Part shown: positions 19,202-28,328 of the stretch, one piece after another
How the letters are laid out: each line of letters opens with the position of its first letter
Numbering within the stretch: position 1 is the stretch's first letter
Made by a program: the position numbers and the translations under genes
From: an uncultured Prevotellaceae bacterium
Lineage (GTDB): Bacteria; Bacteroidota; Bacteroidia; Bacteroidales; Bacteroidaceae
Assembly (NCBI GenBank): GCA_902776195.1
Contig: CACYPF010000007.1
Coordinates: 9,568 to 73,567 of the forward strand
Reading direction: 5' to 3'
DNA: 64,000 nucleotides
The notes under the pieces: generated by a model
What the model was told of the DNA's origin: nothing
Database searches by the model: none
Seen by the model: the letters and a program-made list of their open reading frames with translations, nothing else

Positions 19202-21493
19202 ATGGCAATCCTTATGATGGGGATATGCTGTGGAACCAGGGCAAAGACACTGGTTGCATATTATAGCTACACAAATAATGTGAGGACTATCGTGAATGAA
19301 CTGGCCACACAAAAGGAGGTGGATGTGGTTGAGATTCAGTCCGCGGTGGATGGGCAGGACTATGTTGCCAATAACTATGAATTAGGAAAGCAACTGTTGA
19401 ATGCTATTAAAGCAGCCCCAAATGATGCAGCGAGTTATCCTGCTATTAAGGATGTAAGTGTGGACATGAGCCAATATAGTGATGTCATTGTGGCTACGCC
19501 GTTGTGGTGGAGTCAAATGGCCGCACCAATGCAGACGTTCTTGTTTCATAATGGAGCAGCCATGGCAGGGAAGAATATCTGGATGATAGTGTCAAGTGCC
19601 AGTTCGGGTATCAGTGGCGTGGTAGCGGATGCAGAACGGCTAATTCCTAGTGGTAATTTCCAAAGCAATAAATTATGGATAAAGTCTTCACAGGTGCCTC
19701 AGGCTGCAAGCATGCTGAATGAATGGTTGCTTTCCACAAGTCAGGTTGCTCCTGTTGATGGGAGGAAAATGGTGGTACTGTCTGATCCTCATGTGATGGC
19801 TCCTGAGTTACTGGTGAACGAAGGTACTGCGTGGACGACGTACTTGAACGGTCAACGTAAGTTGGTGGATTTTAGCCAGCGTCTGTTTGATGATATGATT
19901 GTACGTGTCAAACGGGATTTGCGTCCGGGACTAGTGCTTATCTCTGGTGACCTGACAAAAGATGGAGAACAGGTTAGTCATCAGTATGTGACAAGAAAAC
20001 TGGATGAATTGAGAGCTATTGGTATACAGACTTTGGTGGTGCCTGGTAATCATGACAGAGGTTCTAACTCTGACGCAGTGTATTATGATGGGGCAACTAC
20101 TACGGCTGCTGCTGTGGCAACGAATGAGTGGTTTGCCACGCAATATGCGAACTATGGCTATGGTGCAGGTTCAGAGCGAGAGGGTACAACACTGACCTAT
20201 GCTTGTGAACCGATTGCAGGGTTGGTTGTGATAGGTATAGACTCGGGTACTGATGGTAATGTTTCGCAAACCACACTGGATTGGGTGGTGGAGAAGGCTG
20301 CTGCTGCCAGGACAAGTGGAAAGAAAGTGATTGCCATGATGCACCATCCGCTGATACCTCACTTTACAGGTGTTGATAATTTTGTAAGTACAGCTGTAGT
20401 AGGAAACTATGAGACGGTACGTAACACTTTGGCTGATGCAGGCATCCGAGTGGTGTTCACTGGACATTTTCATACTTCGGATATTGCCAAGGACTGGAAT
20501 GCTGCCAAGACAAGGGAAATATATGATGTGAATACGGGGTCTCTCATTTCATACCCTTGTGACTACAGAGAGGTAACTATGAGTGCGGACCTGTCGGGAA
20601 TGGCGATAATGACAGGACATAGTACTGCCATAGCATCAGAAACAGCCAAAGAACGGCTGAAGTCTGCGATGCAGGAAAAGATAGCCGCAAAGGGTACGGC
20701 TTATTCTCTAATAGCTTCAACTGCTGCACAGGCGTTTATTATTCATGCTGAGGGTAATGAGGCTGATAATGCTGCTGCCTCCACGACTTTGTCAACACTG
20801 CTGAGTGCTGCTAATATGGGGCAGGCTTTGATTGGTGCAGACAAGGCTCAGGCGCTGAAGGACATGGCGAATAGTATGTTGCAGGATAAGAGCCAGTATG
20901 GTACAGATCGTGAGGATCAGACTAATGACTTGACACTGGGCATCGAATTGCCGGAGGCTATTAAGTTGGCTGCGGACGGTTATTCAACATATTGTTCGGA
21001 GAACAGACTGGATATCAGTCGGACTAATGGCGTGACTGCATATATCGTTAATAACATTACTGAAACAGCTGTTGAGTTGCAGGAGGTCAGTGTGATACCT
21101 GCTGAGACAGGATTTATACTGAAAGGTACTGGAAGTGCATGGTATGACTTGTATAAGACTAACAATGCGGTAGATGATGTGTCAAGTAACCTGCTAATTG
21201 GTACCTTGACAACTACCGCTGCATCAGCAAATACTTTTGCACTGTCAACAAAGAAAGGTGTGACAGGATTCTATCCTGTGAGCACAGGGTTGATGATTCC
21301 TGCCCATAGGGCATATCTCACGTTGTCAGATGGCATGTCAAGATTGCTGACTATTGATGGGGAGACAACTGGAATCGTGAGTGTTCGTGAGGAAGGGGCT
21401 CCTGTGGTGTTCTATAATCTACAAGGTGTCAAGATGCAGAGACCTGCTAAAGGGGTATATATTAGTAATGGTAAGAAAGTGGTCATTAAATAA
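19202..21493 (+). CDS. Secreted fusion: flavodoxin + calcineurin-like metallophosphoesterase + C-terminal T9SS-like sorting domain
   Basis: TLVAYYSYTNNV and ATPLWW (flavodoxin); SDPH, GDLT, GNHD, HHP and GHFH (phosphoesterase); ends TGIVSV...YNLQGVKMQRPAKGVYISNGKKVVIK. Confidence 0.85.
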   Translation: MAILMMGICCGTRAKTLVAYYSYTNNVRTIVNELATQKEVDVVEIQSAVDGQDYVANNYELGKQLLNAIKAAPNDAASYPAIKDVSVDMSQYSDVIVATPLWWSQMAAPMQTFLFHNGAAMAGKNIWMIVSSASSGISGVVADAERLIPSGNFQSNKLWIKSSQVPQAASMLNEWLLSTSQVAPVDGRKMVVLSDPHVMAPELLVNEGTAWTTYLNGQRKLVDFSQRLFDDMIVRVKRDLRPGLVLISGDLTKDGEQVSHQYVTRKLDELRAIGIQTLVVPGNHDRGSNSDAVYYDGATTTAAAVATNEWFATQYANYGYGAGSEREGTTLTYACEPIAGLVVIGIDSGTDGNVSQTTLDWVVEKAAAARTSGKKVIAMMHHPLIPHFTGVDNFVSTAVVGNYETVRNTLADAGIRVVFTGHFHTSDIAKDWNAAKTREIYDVNTGSLISYPCDYREVTMSADLSGMAIMTGHSTAIASETAKERLKSAMQEKIAAKGTAYSLIASTAAQAFIIHAEGNEADNAAASTTLSTLLSAANMGQALIGADKAQALKDMANSMLQDKSQYGTDREDQTNDLTLGIELPEAIKLAADGYSTYCSENRLDISRTNGVTAYIVNNITETAVELQEVSVIPAETGFILKGTGSAWYDLYKTNNAVDDVSSNLLIGTLTTTAASANTFALSTKKGVTGFYPVSTGLMIPAHRAYLTLSDGMSRLLTIDGETTGIVSVREEGAPVVFYNLQGVKMQRPAKGVYISNGKKVVIK

Positions 21494-21502
21494 TCGGGCA
21501 TT

Positions 21503-21643
21503 ATGAAGAAGATATATATGATTCCGCAGGTTGATGTGATTCAACTGAAACTAACTACTCTGGTACTGGTAGGCTCTCCCGATAGTATCCCTTATTCTAA
21601 AGATCCAACAGATGAGATTGACGATCCAGAGGAGATACATTGA
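21503..21643 (+). CDS. Unannotated 46-aa small protein with MKKxYxxP leader-like N-terminus and acidic tail
   Basis: MKKIYMIPQVDVIQLKLTTLVLVGSPDSIPYSKDPTDEIDDPEEIH*; starts 9 nt after the upstream stop. Confidence 0.7.
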   Translation: MKKIYMIPQVDVIQLKLTTLVLVGSPDSIPYSKDPTDEIDDPEEIH

Positions 21644-21718
21644 GGATTATTAGTTTACAAAATTTACAAACTCGGAATCAACCAAAGGTCGAGTACAAGG
21701 TTGGGCTGAAAGAATCTG

Positions 21719-21808
21719 GGTTCATGGTTGATTGTAGCTTTCATAGGCTGTAGTATCTCTATCGTGATAGAGGTACTACAGTTCTGCTTTATGAAAGGCT
21801 TCTCGGAA
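21719..21808 (+). pseudogene. Degenerate vanZ fragment
   Basis: Colinear with 18889-18978, 14 mismatches in 90 nt by hand alignment; reads GSWLIVAFIGCSISIVIEVLQFCFMKGFSE; in-frame stop upstream at 21707. Confidence 0.85.
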
Positions 21809-21888
21809 ATGGAAGGATGCTCATGGAACTTTAATCGGGTTTGGAATAATAATTTTTTTGAGAATAATATTTAAAATAAGATATAAAA

Positions 21889-23193
21889 ATGTCTGAAAGA
21901 AAAAGAATTTATCTCTGTCTGGCTCACATGAGCGATGATGGCGCTGAACAGCGTTATGTTAAGGAGGCTTTTGATACTAATTGGGTAGTACCACTGGGAC
22001 CTAATGTGAATGGGTTTGAAAAGGATTTGGAGGACTTTGTGAACGGTGTTGGAGAAAACCATGAATCATGCACCATGAACCGTGAACCGCTGACAAAGCG
22101 TGTGGTCGCTTTGTCGGCTGGTACTGCTGCAGTGCATCTGGGATTGTTGAACTGTGGGGTGAAGCCGGGGGATGAGGTGATTGTGCAGAGCTTTACGTTC
22201 TGTGCATCAACACATCCTGTGACATACTTGGGAGCTACACCTGTGCTCGTGGATTCGGAGCCGGATACATGGAATATCGACCCGGAGTTGCTGGAGGAGG
22301 CAATCAAAGACCGTAAGGCTAAGACGGGTAAGTATCCTGCGGCTATTGTGCCGGTGGCTCTGTATGGTATGCCGTATAAGGCTGACCGTATCATGGAGAT
22401 TGCTAATAAGTATGGGATTCCTGTGGTGGAGGATGCTGCTGAGGGATTCGGTACTAGGTATAAAGGACAGGTGTTAGGTACGTTTGGTAAATATGGGGTG
22501 CTGTCGTTTAACGGTAACAAGATGATTACAACCTCTGGTGGCGGTGCGCTGATTACTGCAAATGATGATGAATGGCGGGAGATAATGATGTACGCCACAC
22601 AGTATCGGGAAAGTTATCCATACTATCAGCATGAGAAGATAGGATATAACTATCGTATGTCGAATATCTGTGCCGGAATTGGTCGTGGTCAGATGACAGT
22701 GGTGAATGACCACCTTGCTCATCATAAGCACGTACAGAAGATGTACGAAGAGCTTTTGGCTGATGTGCCTGGAATACACGTACACTCTCAGCCTAACAAT
22801 GGTGATTATGATTCTAACTACTGGCTGTGTACCATCACCATTGATGAGGATGTGAAGGTGAAGGGTCAGGAGGATGCCTATAAGACTATCGTGACAGGTG
22901 CCGTAGGTGGTGCTGCCGGTGTCATCCATGCTGCTGCCTCTGCTCATACGGATTGTGAACCTAATGCCAATGTGGAGGCTATGCGTGTAGCTCTTGATCA
23001 GGCACAGATTGAGGCTCGTCCTGTATGGAAGCCCATGCACAAACAGCCTTGTTATAAGGATGCTCCTGCCTACGTGAACGGAGTATCGGAAGCACTCTTC
23101 AAGGTCGGAATGTGTCTGCCTGCCGGACCATACGTCAGCGATGATGATGTAAGGTACATCGTTGATACAATAAAGGAAAACATCATCGGATGA
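21889..23193 (+). CDS. DegT/DnrJ/EryC1/StrS sugar aminotransferase (PglE-like)
   Basis: SAGTAAVHL, EDAAE, SFNGNKMITTSGGG (PLP Lys), GYNYRMSNI and ARPVWKPMH motifs. Confidence 0.93.
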   Translation: MSERKRIYLCLAHMSDDGAEQRYVKEAFDTNWVVPLGPNVNGFEKDLEDFVNGVGENHESCTMNREPLTKRVVALSAGTAAVHLGLLNCGVKPGDEVIVQSFTFCASTHPVTYLGATPVLVDSEPDTWNIDPELLEEAIKDRKAKTGKYPAAIVPVALYGMPYKADRIMEIANKYGIPVVEDAAEGFGTRYKGQVLGTFGKYGVLSFNGNKMITTSGGGALITANDDEWREIMMYATQYRESYPYYQHEKIGYNYRMSNICAGIGRGQMTVVNDHLAHHKHVQKMYEELLADVPGIHVHSQPNNGDYDSNYWLCTITIDEDVKVKGQEDAYKTIVTGAVGGAAGVIHAAASAHTDCEPNANVEAMRVALDQAQIEARPVWKPMHKQPCYKDAPAYVNGVSEALFKVGMCLPAGPYVSDDDVRYIVDTIKENIIG

Positions 23194-23347
23194 CATCCTT
23201 TTGTGTAACGTGACACAGGACGAACGATGGTTGGGGAGGTATGAGGAGGTGATGGGGTGATTTGAAAGCGGTGGAGTGTAAGTGTCTGAAACAGCCTGCC
23301 AAGTCGAATTTAATGTAAATATTATTGCTATATTCAATTTTATTTCG

Positions 23348-23355
23348 TACCTTTG
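23348..23355 (+). promoter_or_regulatory. -7 promoter element of the pglF-like gene
   Basis: TACCTTTG matches TAnnTTTG, 36 nt upstream of ATG 23392. Confidence 0.65.
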
Positions 23356-23391
23356 CGGCATCAAATCTATAGAAACTTAAATTGGAAGGAA

Positions 23392-25398
23392 ATGTTTGTG
23401 TTAGATAAAGTGAATCCATTTAAAAAACTGATGATCTGGTATTTCAGTAAGAAGGCACTGCCATATTGGTGTATTCTTATTCTGGATTTCTTGATTCTGA
23501 TGTTTGCTGGTATATTGACATACTGGATATTTATCTATCGCCGTAAGATAGGCTTTGACCAGTCAATGCTGCTGCAGACACTGTTTATGTATGCACTGCC
23601 CAGCATCATTGGAGCGAGGATGTTCCATACCTACTCTGGTATCATCCGCTATTCTTCGTTTGTGGACCTGACCCGTGTGGCGTATGCTAATTTGGTGTCG
23701 CTATGTATCGCCTTTCCGATGCATCATTTCGTTCATTCTTTACCGAGAGACTTGTTCTATTCTTTGCATTTCAGACACATTATCCTGATGTATCTGATAG
23801 CTACGGCTCTGATGTGGGGAGTGCGTGTGCTGGTAAAGACATTGTATGAAATGACCACTACAGATGCTCGTGCTTTAAGGGTGTTTATCTATGGTGCAAT
23901 GGAAGGTGGCATTGGACTGGCTAAGAGTGTCCGCTCGCAGAATCCAAAACGTTTCATTGTCAAGGGATTTATTGCAAGTGAGGGGACATATAGCCATAAG
24001 CAAGTGATGGGTGAGAAGGTGTTCAGTACTGCTGACGATCTGCCCAAGATCATAGAGAACTACAGGATTGAGGCTATCCTGATTGCCCCACAAAGACTTA
24101 ATGAGTTCCGTAAAGCGCAGGAACTTCAGGACAGGATTCTCAGTACGGGCGTGAAGATATTCATGTCGCAGAATGCCAAGGAGATGAATGTCAAAGACGG
24201 TGAACTGGAGGATGTCTCTGAGGAGGAATTCCACTTGAAGGAGGTCAGCGTGGAAGACTTGCTGCCGAGAGACGAGATCCGTGTGGACATGAAGTCGATG
24301 GAGGAACTGCTGAAGGGAACGAAAGTGCTGATAACAGGTTCTGCAGGTAGCATCGGTTCGGAGATGGTGCGCCAGGTGGCAGCTTTCAAACCGGCAAAAA
24401 TGGTTCTTATAGACCAGGCGGAGACTCCTCAGCATGATATCCAGTTGATGATGGAGAGGGATTTCCCGGACATCGAAGCGGAGGTGTTGGTGACGAGTAT
24501 CAGCCGGCAGCGGCGCATGGAGGAGATCTTCAGTACGTTCAGACCTGACTATGTGTTCCATGCTGCTGCCTATAAGCATGTGCCAATGATGGAGGGTAAT
24601 CCCTCTGAGGCAGTGCTGAACAATATATGGGGTACGAAGATTATCGCAGACTACTCGGTGAAGTACGGGGTGAAGAAGTTTGTGATGATATCGACGGACA
24701 AGGCAGTGAACCCGACGAACGTGATGGGATGCTCGAAGCGTATCTGTGAGATTTACGTGCAGAGTCTCGACCAGGCAATAAAAGATAAGAAAACACCGGA
24801 ATACTTGCAACTGCTGAATAACAAGCAGCAAGGCGAGTCAGGGAAACAGGCGTACAGGACTCAGTTCGTGACGACACGCTTTGGAAATGTACTGGGGTCT
24901 AACGGCTCTGTGATTCCTTTGTTTAGGGAGCAGATCAGACGTGGTGGTCCTGTAACGGTGACAGACCAGCGTATCGTACGTTTCTTTATGCTGATACCTG
25001 AGGCTTGTAAGCTGGTGCTGGAGGCAGGCACAAAAGGTAACGGCGGTGAGATATTCGTATTCGATATGGGACAGCCTGTGAAGATTGCGGATCTGGCGCG
25101 GCGTATGATTAAACTCTCAGGGGCAAAGGACGTGGAGATTGTGTATACGGGTCTGCGTCCGGGAGAGAAACTCTATGAGGAGGTGCTGAACGAACTGGAG
25201 GGTACGAAGCCGACATTCCATGAGAAGATCCGTATTGCTGAGGTGCGCGAGTATGACTTTGCAGACATCAGTAAACAGGTGAATGACCTGGTGGAGATCT
25301 CTAAGCGCTATGATAATATGGAGACAGTGAAGAAGATGAAGGAGATCGTACCAGAGTATAAGAGTAACAATTCCGAATACGAGGTACTTGACAAATAA
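23392..25398 (+). CDS. PglF/WbpM/CapD-like membrane-bound UDP-GlcNAc 4,6-dehydratase
   Basis: N-terminal TMs; TGSAGSIGSE, HAAAYKHVP, STDKAVNPTNVMGCSKR, TRFGNVLGSNGSV and GLRPGEKLYEE motifs; the 23353 start would lie inside the promoter. Confidence 0.93.
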   Translation: MFVLDKVNPFKKLMIWYFSKKALPYWCILILDFLILMFAGILTYWIFIYRRKIGFDQSMLLQTLFMYALPSIIGARMFHTYSGIIRYSSFVDLTRVAYANLVSLCIAFPMHHFVHSLPRDLFYSLHFRHIILMYLIATALMWGVRVLVKTLYEMTTTDARALRVFIYGAMEGGIGLAKSVRSQNPKRFIVKGFIASEGTYSHKQVMGEKVFSTADDLPKIIENYRIEAILIAPQRLNEFRKAQELQDRILSTGVKIFMSQNAKEMNVKDGELEDVSEEEFHLKEVSVEDLLPRDEIRVDMKSMEELLKGTKVLITGSAGSIGSEMVRQVAAFKPAKMVLIDQAETPQHDIQLMMERDFPDIEAEVLVTSISRQRRMEEIFSTFRPDYVFHAAAYKHVPMMEGNPSEAVLNNIWGTKIIADYSVKYGVKKFVMISTDKAVNPTNVMGCSKRICEIYVQSLDQAIKDKKTPEYLQLLNNKQQGESGKQAYRTQFVTTRFGNVLGSNGSVIPLFREQIRRGGPVTVTDQRIVRFFMLIPEACKLVLEAGTKGNGGEIFVFDMGQPVKIADLARRMIKLSGAKDVEIVYTGLRPGEKLYEEVLNELEGTKPTFHEKIRIAEVREYDFADISKQVNDLVEISKRYDNMETVKKMKEIVPEYKSNNSEYEVLDK

Positions 25399-25448
25399 CC
25401 TGTTGGCGTTGCGAGACCAATTTACAAAACTTAAATATTCAGACTAAA

Positions 25449-26813
25449 ATGACAAAACAGAAGAAATTTATTCTCCCAGAGAGTGAGATTCCTACGCAGT
25501 GGTATAATATCCTTGCTGATATGCCTAACAAGCCTCTGCCTCCGATTCATCCTGCTACCAAACAACCATTGACATGGCAGGACCTGGCGCATATCTTCCC
25601 TGAGGAGTGCTCGAAGCAGGAACTGGACATGGAGCATCGTTGGATAGATATCCCTGAGGAGGTGCTGGAGAAATATAAGTTCTACCGCTCTACACCTCTG
25701 GTGCGTGCTTATGAGCTGGAGAAGGCTTTAGGGACTCCTGCACATATCTATTTCAAGAATGAGTCAACGAACCCGCTGGGCTCACATAAGATCAATTCGG
25801 CTTTGCCACAGTGCTACTATGCGAAGCAGGAGGGTACTACGAATGTGACGACAGAGACGGGTGCCGGACAATGGGGTGCCGCCTTGTCGTATGCGGCAAA
25901 GATATTCGGATTGGACTGTGCGGTATATCAGGTGAAGATCACCATGCAGCAGAAGCCTTACCGCTCGAGTATCATGCGTACGTTTGGGGCTGCCGTAACA
26001 GGTTCTCCCTCAATGTCTACCCGTGCTGGTAAGGATATCCTGACGGTGGATCCGACGCATCCAGGGTCTTTGGGTACTGCTATCTCGGAGGCTGTGGAGC
26101 TTGCCACTACCACACCGCATTGTAAATATGTGCTGGGCTCTGTGCTGAACCATGTGGCTTTGCACCAGTCGATTATCGGTCTGGAGGCTGAGAAACAGAT
26201 GGAGATGGCGGGGGAGTATCCTGACATGGTGATTGCATGCTTCGGCGGTGGCAGTAACTTCGGTGGTATCGCCTTCCCCTTCATGCGTCATAACATCTTG
26301 GAAGGTAAGAAGACGGAGTTTATCGCAGCGGAGCCGAATAGTTGTCCGAAACTGACTCGTGGTAAGTTCCAGTATGACTTCGGTGATGAGGCAGGATATA
26401 CACCGCTGTTGCCGATGTATACACTGGGTCATCAGTTCAAGCCAAGTAATATCCATGCCGGTGGCTTGCGCTACCATGGTGCGGGTATGATCGTGTCACA
26501 GCTTATCAAGGACGGGTATATGAAGGGTGTGGATATTCCACAGTTGGAGACCTTCGAGGCTGGTATGTTGTTTGCCCGTACGGAGGGTATCATCCCGGCT
26601 CCTGAGAGTTGTCATGCCATTGCTGCCACAATCCGTGAGGCGAATAAGTGTAAGGAGACGGGAGAGGAGAAGGTAATCCTCTTCAACCTGTCGGGACATG
26701 GTCTCATTGATATGCCGTCGTATGAGCTGTTTATCAATGGTGACTTACAGAATTATACGGTCACTGATGAGGAGATAGAGAAGAATGTCTCGCAATTAGA
26801 GAAAATCATCTAA
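25449..26813 (+). CDS. trpB2: TrpB2 (TrpB-like PLP-dependent enzyme)
   Basis: WYNI, GSHKINSA (PLP Lys), TETGAGQWG, CFGGGSNF, HAGGLRYHG and FNLSGHG motifs. Confidence 0.93.
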   Translation: MTKQKKFILPESEIPTQWYNILADMPNKPLPPIHPATKQPLTWQDLAHIFPEECSKQELDMEHRWIDIPEEVLEKYKFYRSTPLVRAYELEKALGTPAHIYFKNESTNPLGSHKINSALPQCYYAKQEGTTNVTTETGAGQWGAALSYAAKIFGLDCAVYQVKITMQQKPYRSSIMRTFGAAVTGSPSMSTRAGKDILTVDPTHPGSLGTAISEAVELATTTPHCKYVLGSVLNHVALHQSIIGLEAEKQMEMAGEYPDMVIACFGGGSNFGGIAFPFMRHNILEGKKTEFIAAEPNSCPKLTRGKFQYDFGDEAGYTPLLPMYTLGHQFKPSNIHAGGLRYHGAGMIVSQLIKDGYMKGVDIPQLETFEAGMLFARTEGIIPAPESCHAIAATIREANKCKETGEEKVILFNLSGHGLIDMPSYELFINGDLQNYTVTDEEIEKNVSQLEKII

Positions 26814-26818
26814 ACGAT

Positions 26819-26850
26819 AAAACGGAAGGCTAACACCTTCCGTTTTTTTA
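26819..26850. terminator. Bidirectional intrinsic terminator between trpB2 and the symporter
   Basis: AAAACGGAAGG-CTAACA-CCTTCCGTTTT followed by further Ts. Confidence 0.85.
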
Positions 26851-26876
26851 TTTCTTTTGTTGTTCCAGGTTTTCGC

Positions 26877-28298
26877 TTACTGTTCTTTTCCTGTGAAGAA
26901 AAGGGCGGTGAAGGTGATGATACCATTGAGCATGAGCAGTTCGTAACCGAAATGGTAACTGGTGTATTGCCCTACGACCCAGTCCAGAAGGTAGCAGAGG
27001 ATGGGGGAAGCGATACAGATGTAAGGAACCAGACGGTCATTGACAGGTCGCTTGGTGAGTAATCCGAAGGCGAAGAGTCCTAACAGGGGACCGTAGGTGT
27101 AGGAACAGAGGATGTAGATGGCATCAATGATACTGGTAGAGTTCAATGCCTTGAATAAAAGGATAAAGACCGTGAAGACTATCGCTACCAGTATATGGAC
27201 ACGATGACGTAGAATCTCGTCACCGGGACGACGACAGATGTCCACACAGAAACTGGTTGTCAGTGCTGTCATTGCTGAGTCGGCACTGGAGAATGAAGCT
27301 GCTAAGATACCCATAATGAAGAGGTAGGCGATCAGTGATAGGTGGTTAGTGCTTAGTGTGATGAAGGTGGGCAGGAGTTCGTCACCTGAGGCTGGCAGGG
27401 TAATGCCATGGGAAGCATACCACTGGGTCAGGAGAATGCCTAACGACAGGAATAACAGGTTGGCAGGAAAGAACATCACACCATAAGTACACATGTCCTT
27501 CTGGGCATCCCGTAAGGAACGACAGGTCAGGTTCTTCTGCATCATATCCTGGTCGAGACCGGTCATCACAATAACGATAAACACACCACAGAGGAACTGT
27601 TTCCAGAAATTCTGTTTCGACATCCAGTCGTCAAAGACGAAGATGCGGCTCTTGCTGTCTGCCGCTACCGCTTGTACTGCCTCTCCCCATGTCATCCCCA
27701 TGTCACTCACTACCTGCCAGATAATCAGCAGGAGTGCGGTGAAGAGGAAGACTGTCTGGAGAACATCGGTGAATACCAGGGTGCGGATTCCTCCCCGGTA
27801 TGTGTAGAGCCAGATGAGGACTACCATGCCCAGTACGGTGAATACAAAGGGGATCCCCAAGGCATCGAACACGAAATGCTGGAGGATGATACATACCACA
27901 TAGAAACGTACTGCAGCCCCTGTCATCTTCGACAACAGGAAAAACGAGGCTCCCGTCTTATACGACCGGGGACCTAACCGTTGTCCCAGATACGAGTAGA
28001 TGGTGGTGAGATTCAGGCGATAGAACAAAGGCAGCAACAGGAATGCCACCAGGACATAGCCCACGATAAAACCCAGGCACGTCTGGAGATAGGTCATGTC
28101 AATGACATTCACCATCCCCGGTACACTCACAAAGGTGACACCCGAGATGGAGGCACCTATCATACCGAAAGCCACCATATACCAAGGTGACTGCCGGTTG
28201 CCCCTGTAGAAAGTCTCATTGGTCGCTTTCCTGCCTGTCCACCAGCTGATGCAGTACAACAAACAGAAGTATCCTATCACCAGTAATCCGTAACCCAT
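26877..28298 (-). CDS. Sodium:solute symporter family protein
   Basis: ASISGVTFVSVPG, GLDQDMMQKNL and FSSADSAMTAL motifs; many TMs. Confidence 0.9.
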   Translation of the reverse strand: MGYGLLVIGYFCLLYCISWWTGRKATNETFYRGNRQSPWYMVAFGMIGASISGVTFVSVPGMVNVIDMTYLQTCLGFIVGYVLVAFLLLPLFYRLNLTTIYSYLGQRLGPRSYKTGASFFLLSKMTGAAVRFYVVCIILQHFVFDALGIPFVFTVLGMVVLIWLYTYRGGIRTLVFTDVLQTVFLFTALLLIIWQVVSDMGMTWGEAVQAVAADSKSRIFVFDDWMSKQNFWKQFLCGVFIVIVMTGLDQDMMQKNLTCRSLRDAQKDMCTYGVMFFPANLLFLSLGILLTQWYASHGITLPASGDELLPTFITLSTNHLSLIAYLFIMGILAASFSSADSAMTALTTSFCVDICRRPGDEILRHRVHILVAIVFTVFILLFKALNSTSIIDAIYILCSYTYGPLLGLFAFGLLTKRPVNDRLVPYICIASPILCYLLDWVVGQYTSYHFGYELLMLNGIITFTALFFTGKEQ

Positions 28299-28328
28299 AA
28301 CCGATTAGCATTAAATCTGGATCATCAA

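Noticed and set aside
11997-21643. Complete lasso-peptide cluster
   Set aside because: No lasso cyclase, B1/RRE, B2 protease or dedicated transporter; the nucleotidyltransferase and the peptide gene are over 8 kb apart
22474-24831. Long minus-strand ORFs 22474-23364 (296 aa) and 23875-24831 (318 aa)
   Set aside because: Antisense to well-supported degT-like and pglF-like genes; no motifs; typical shadow frames
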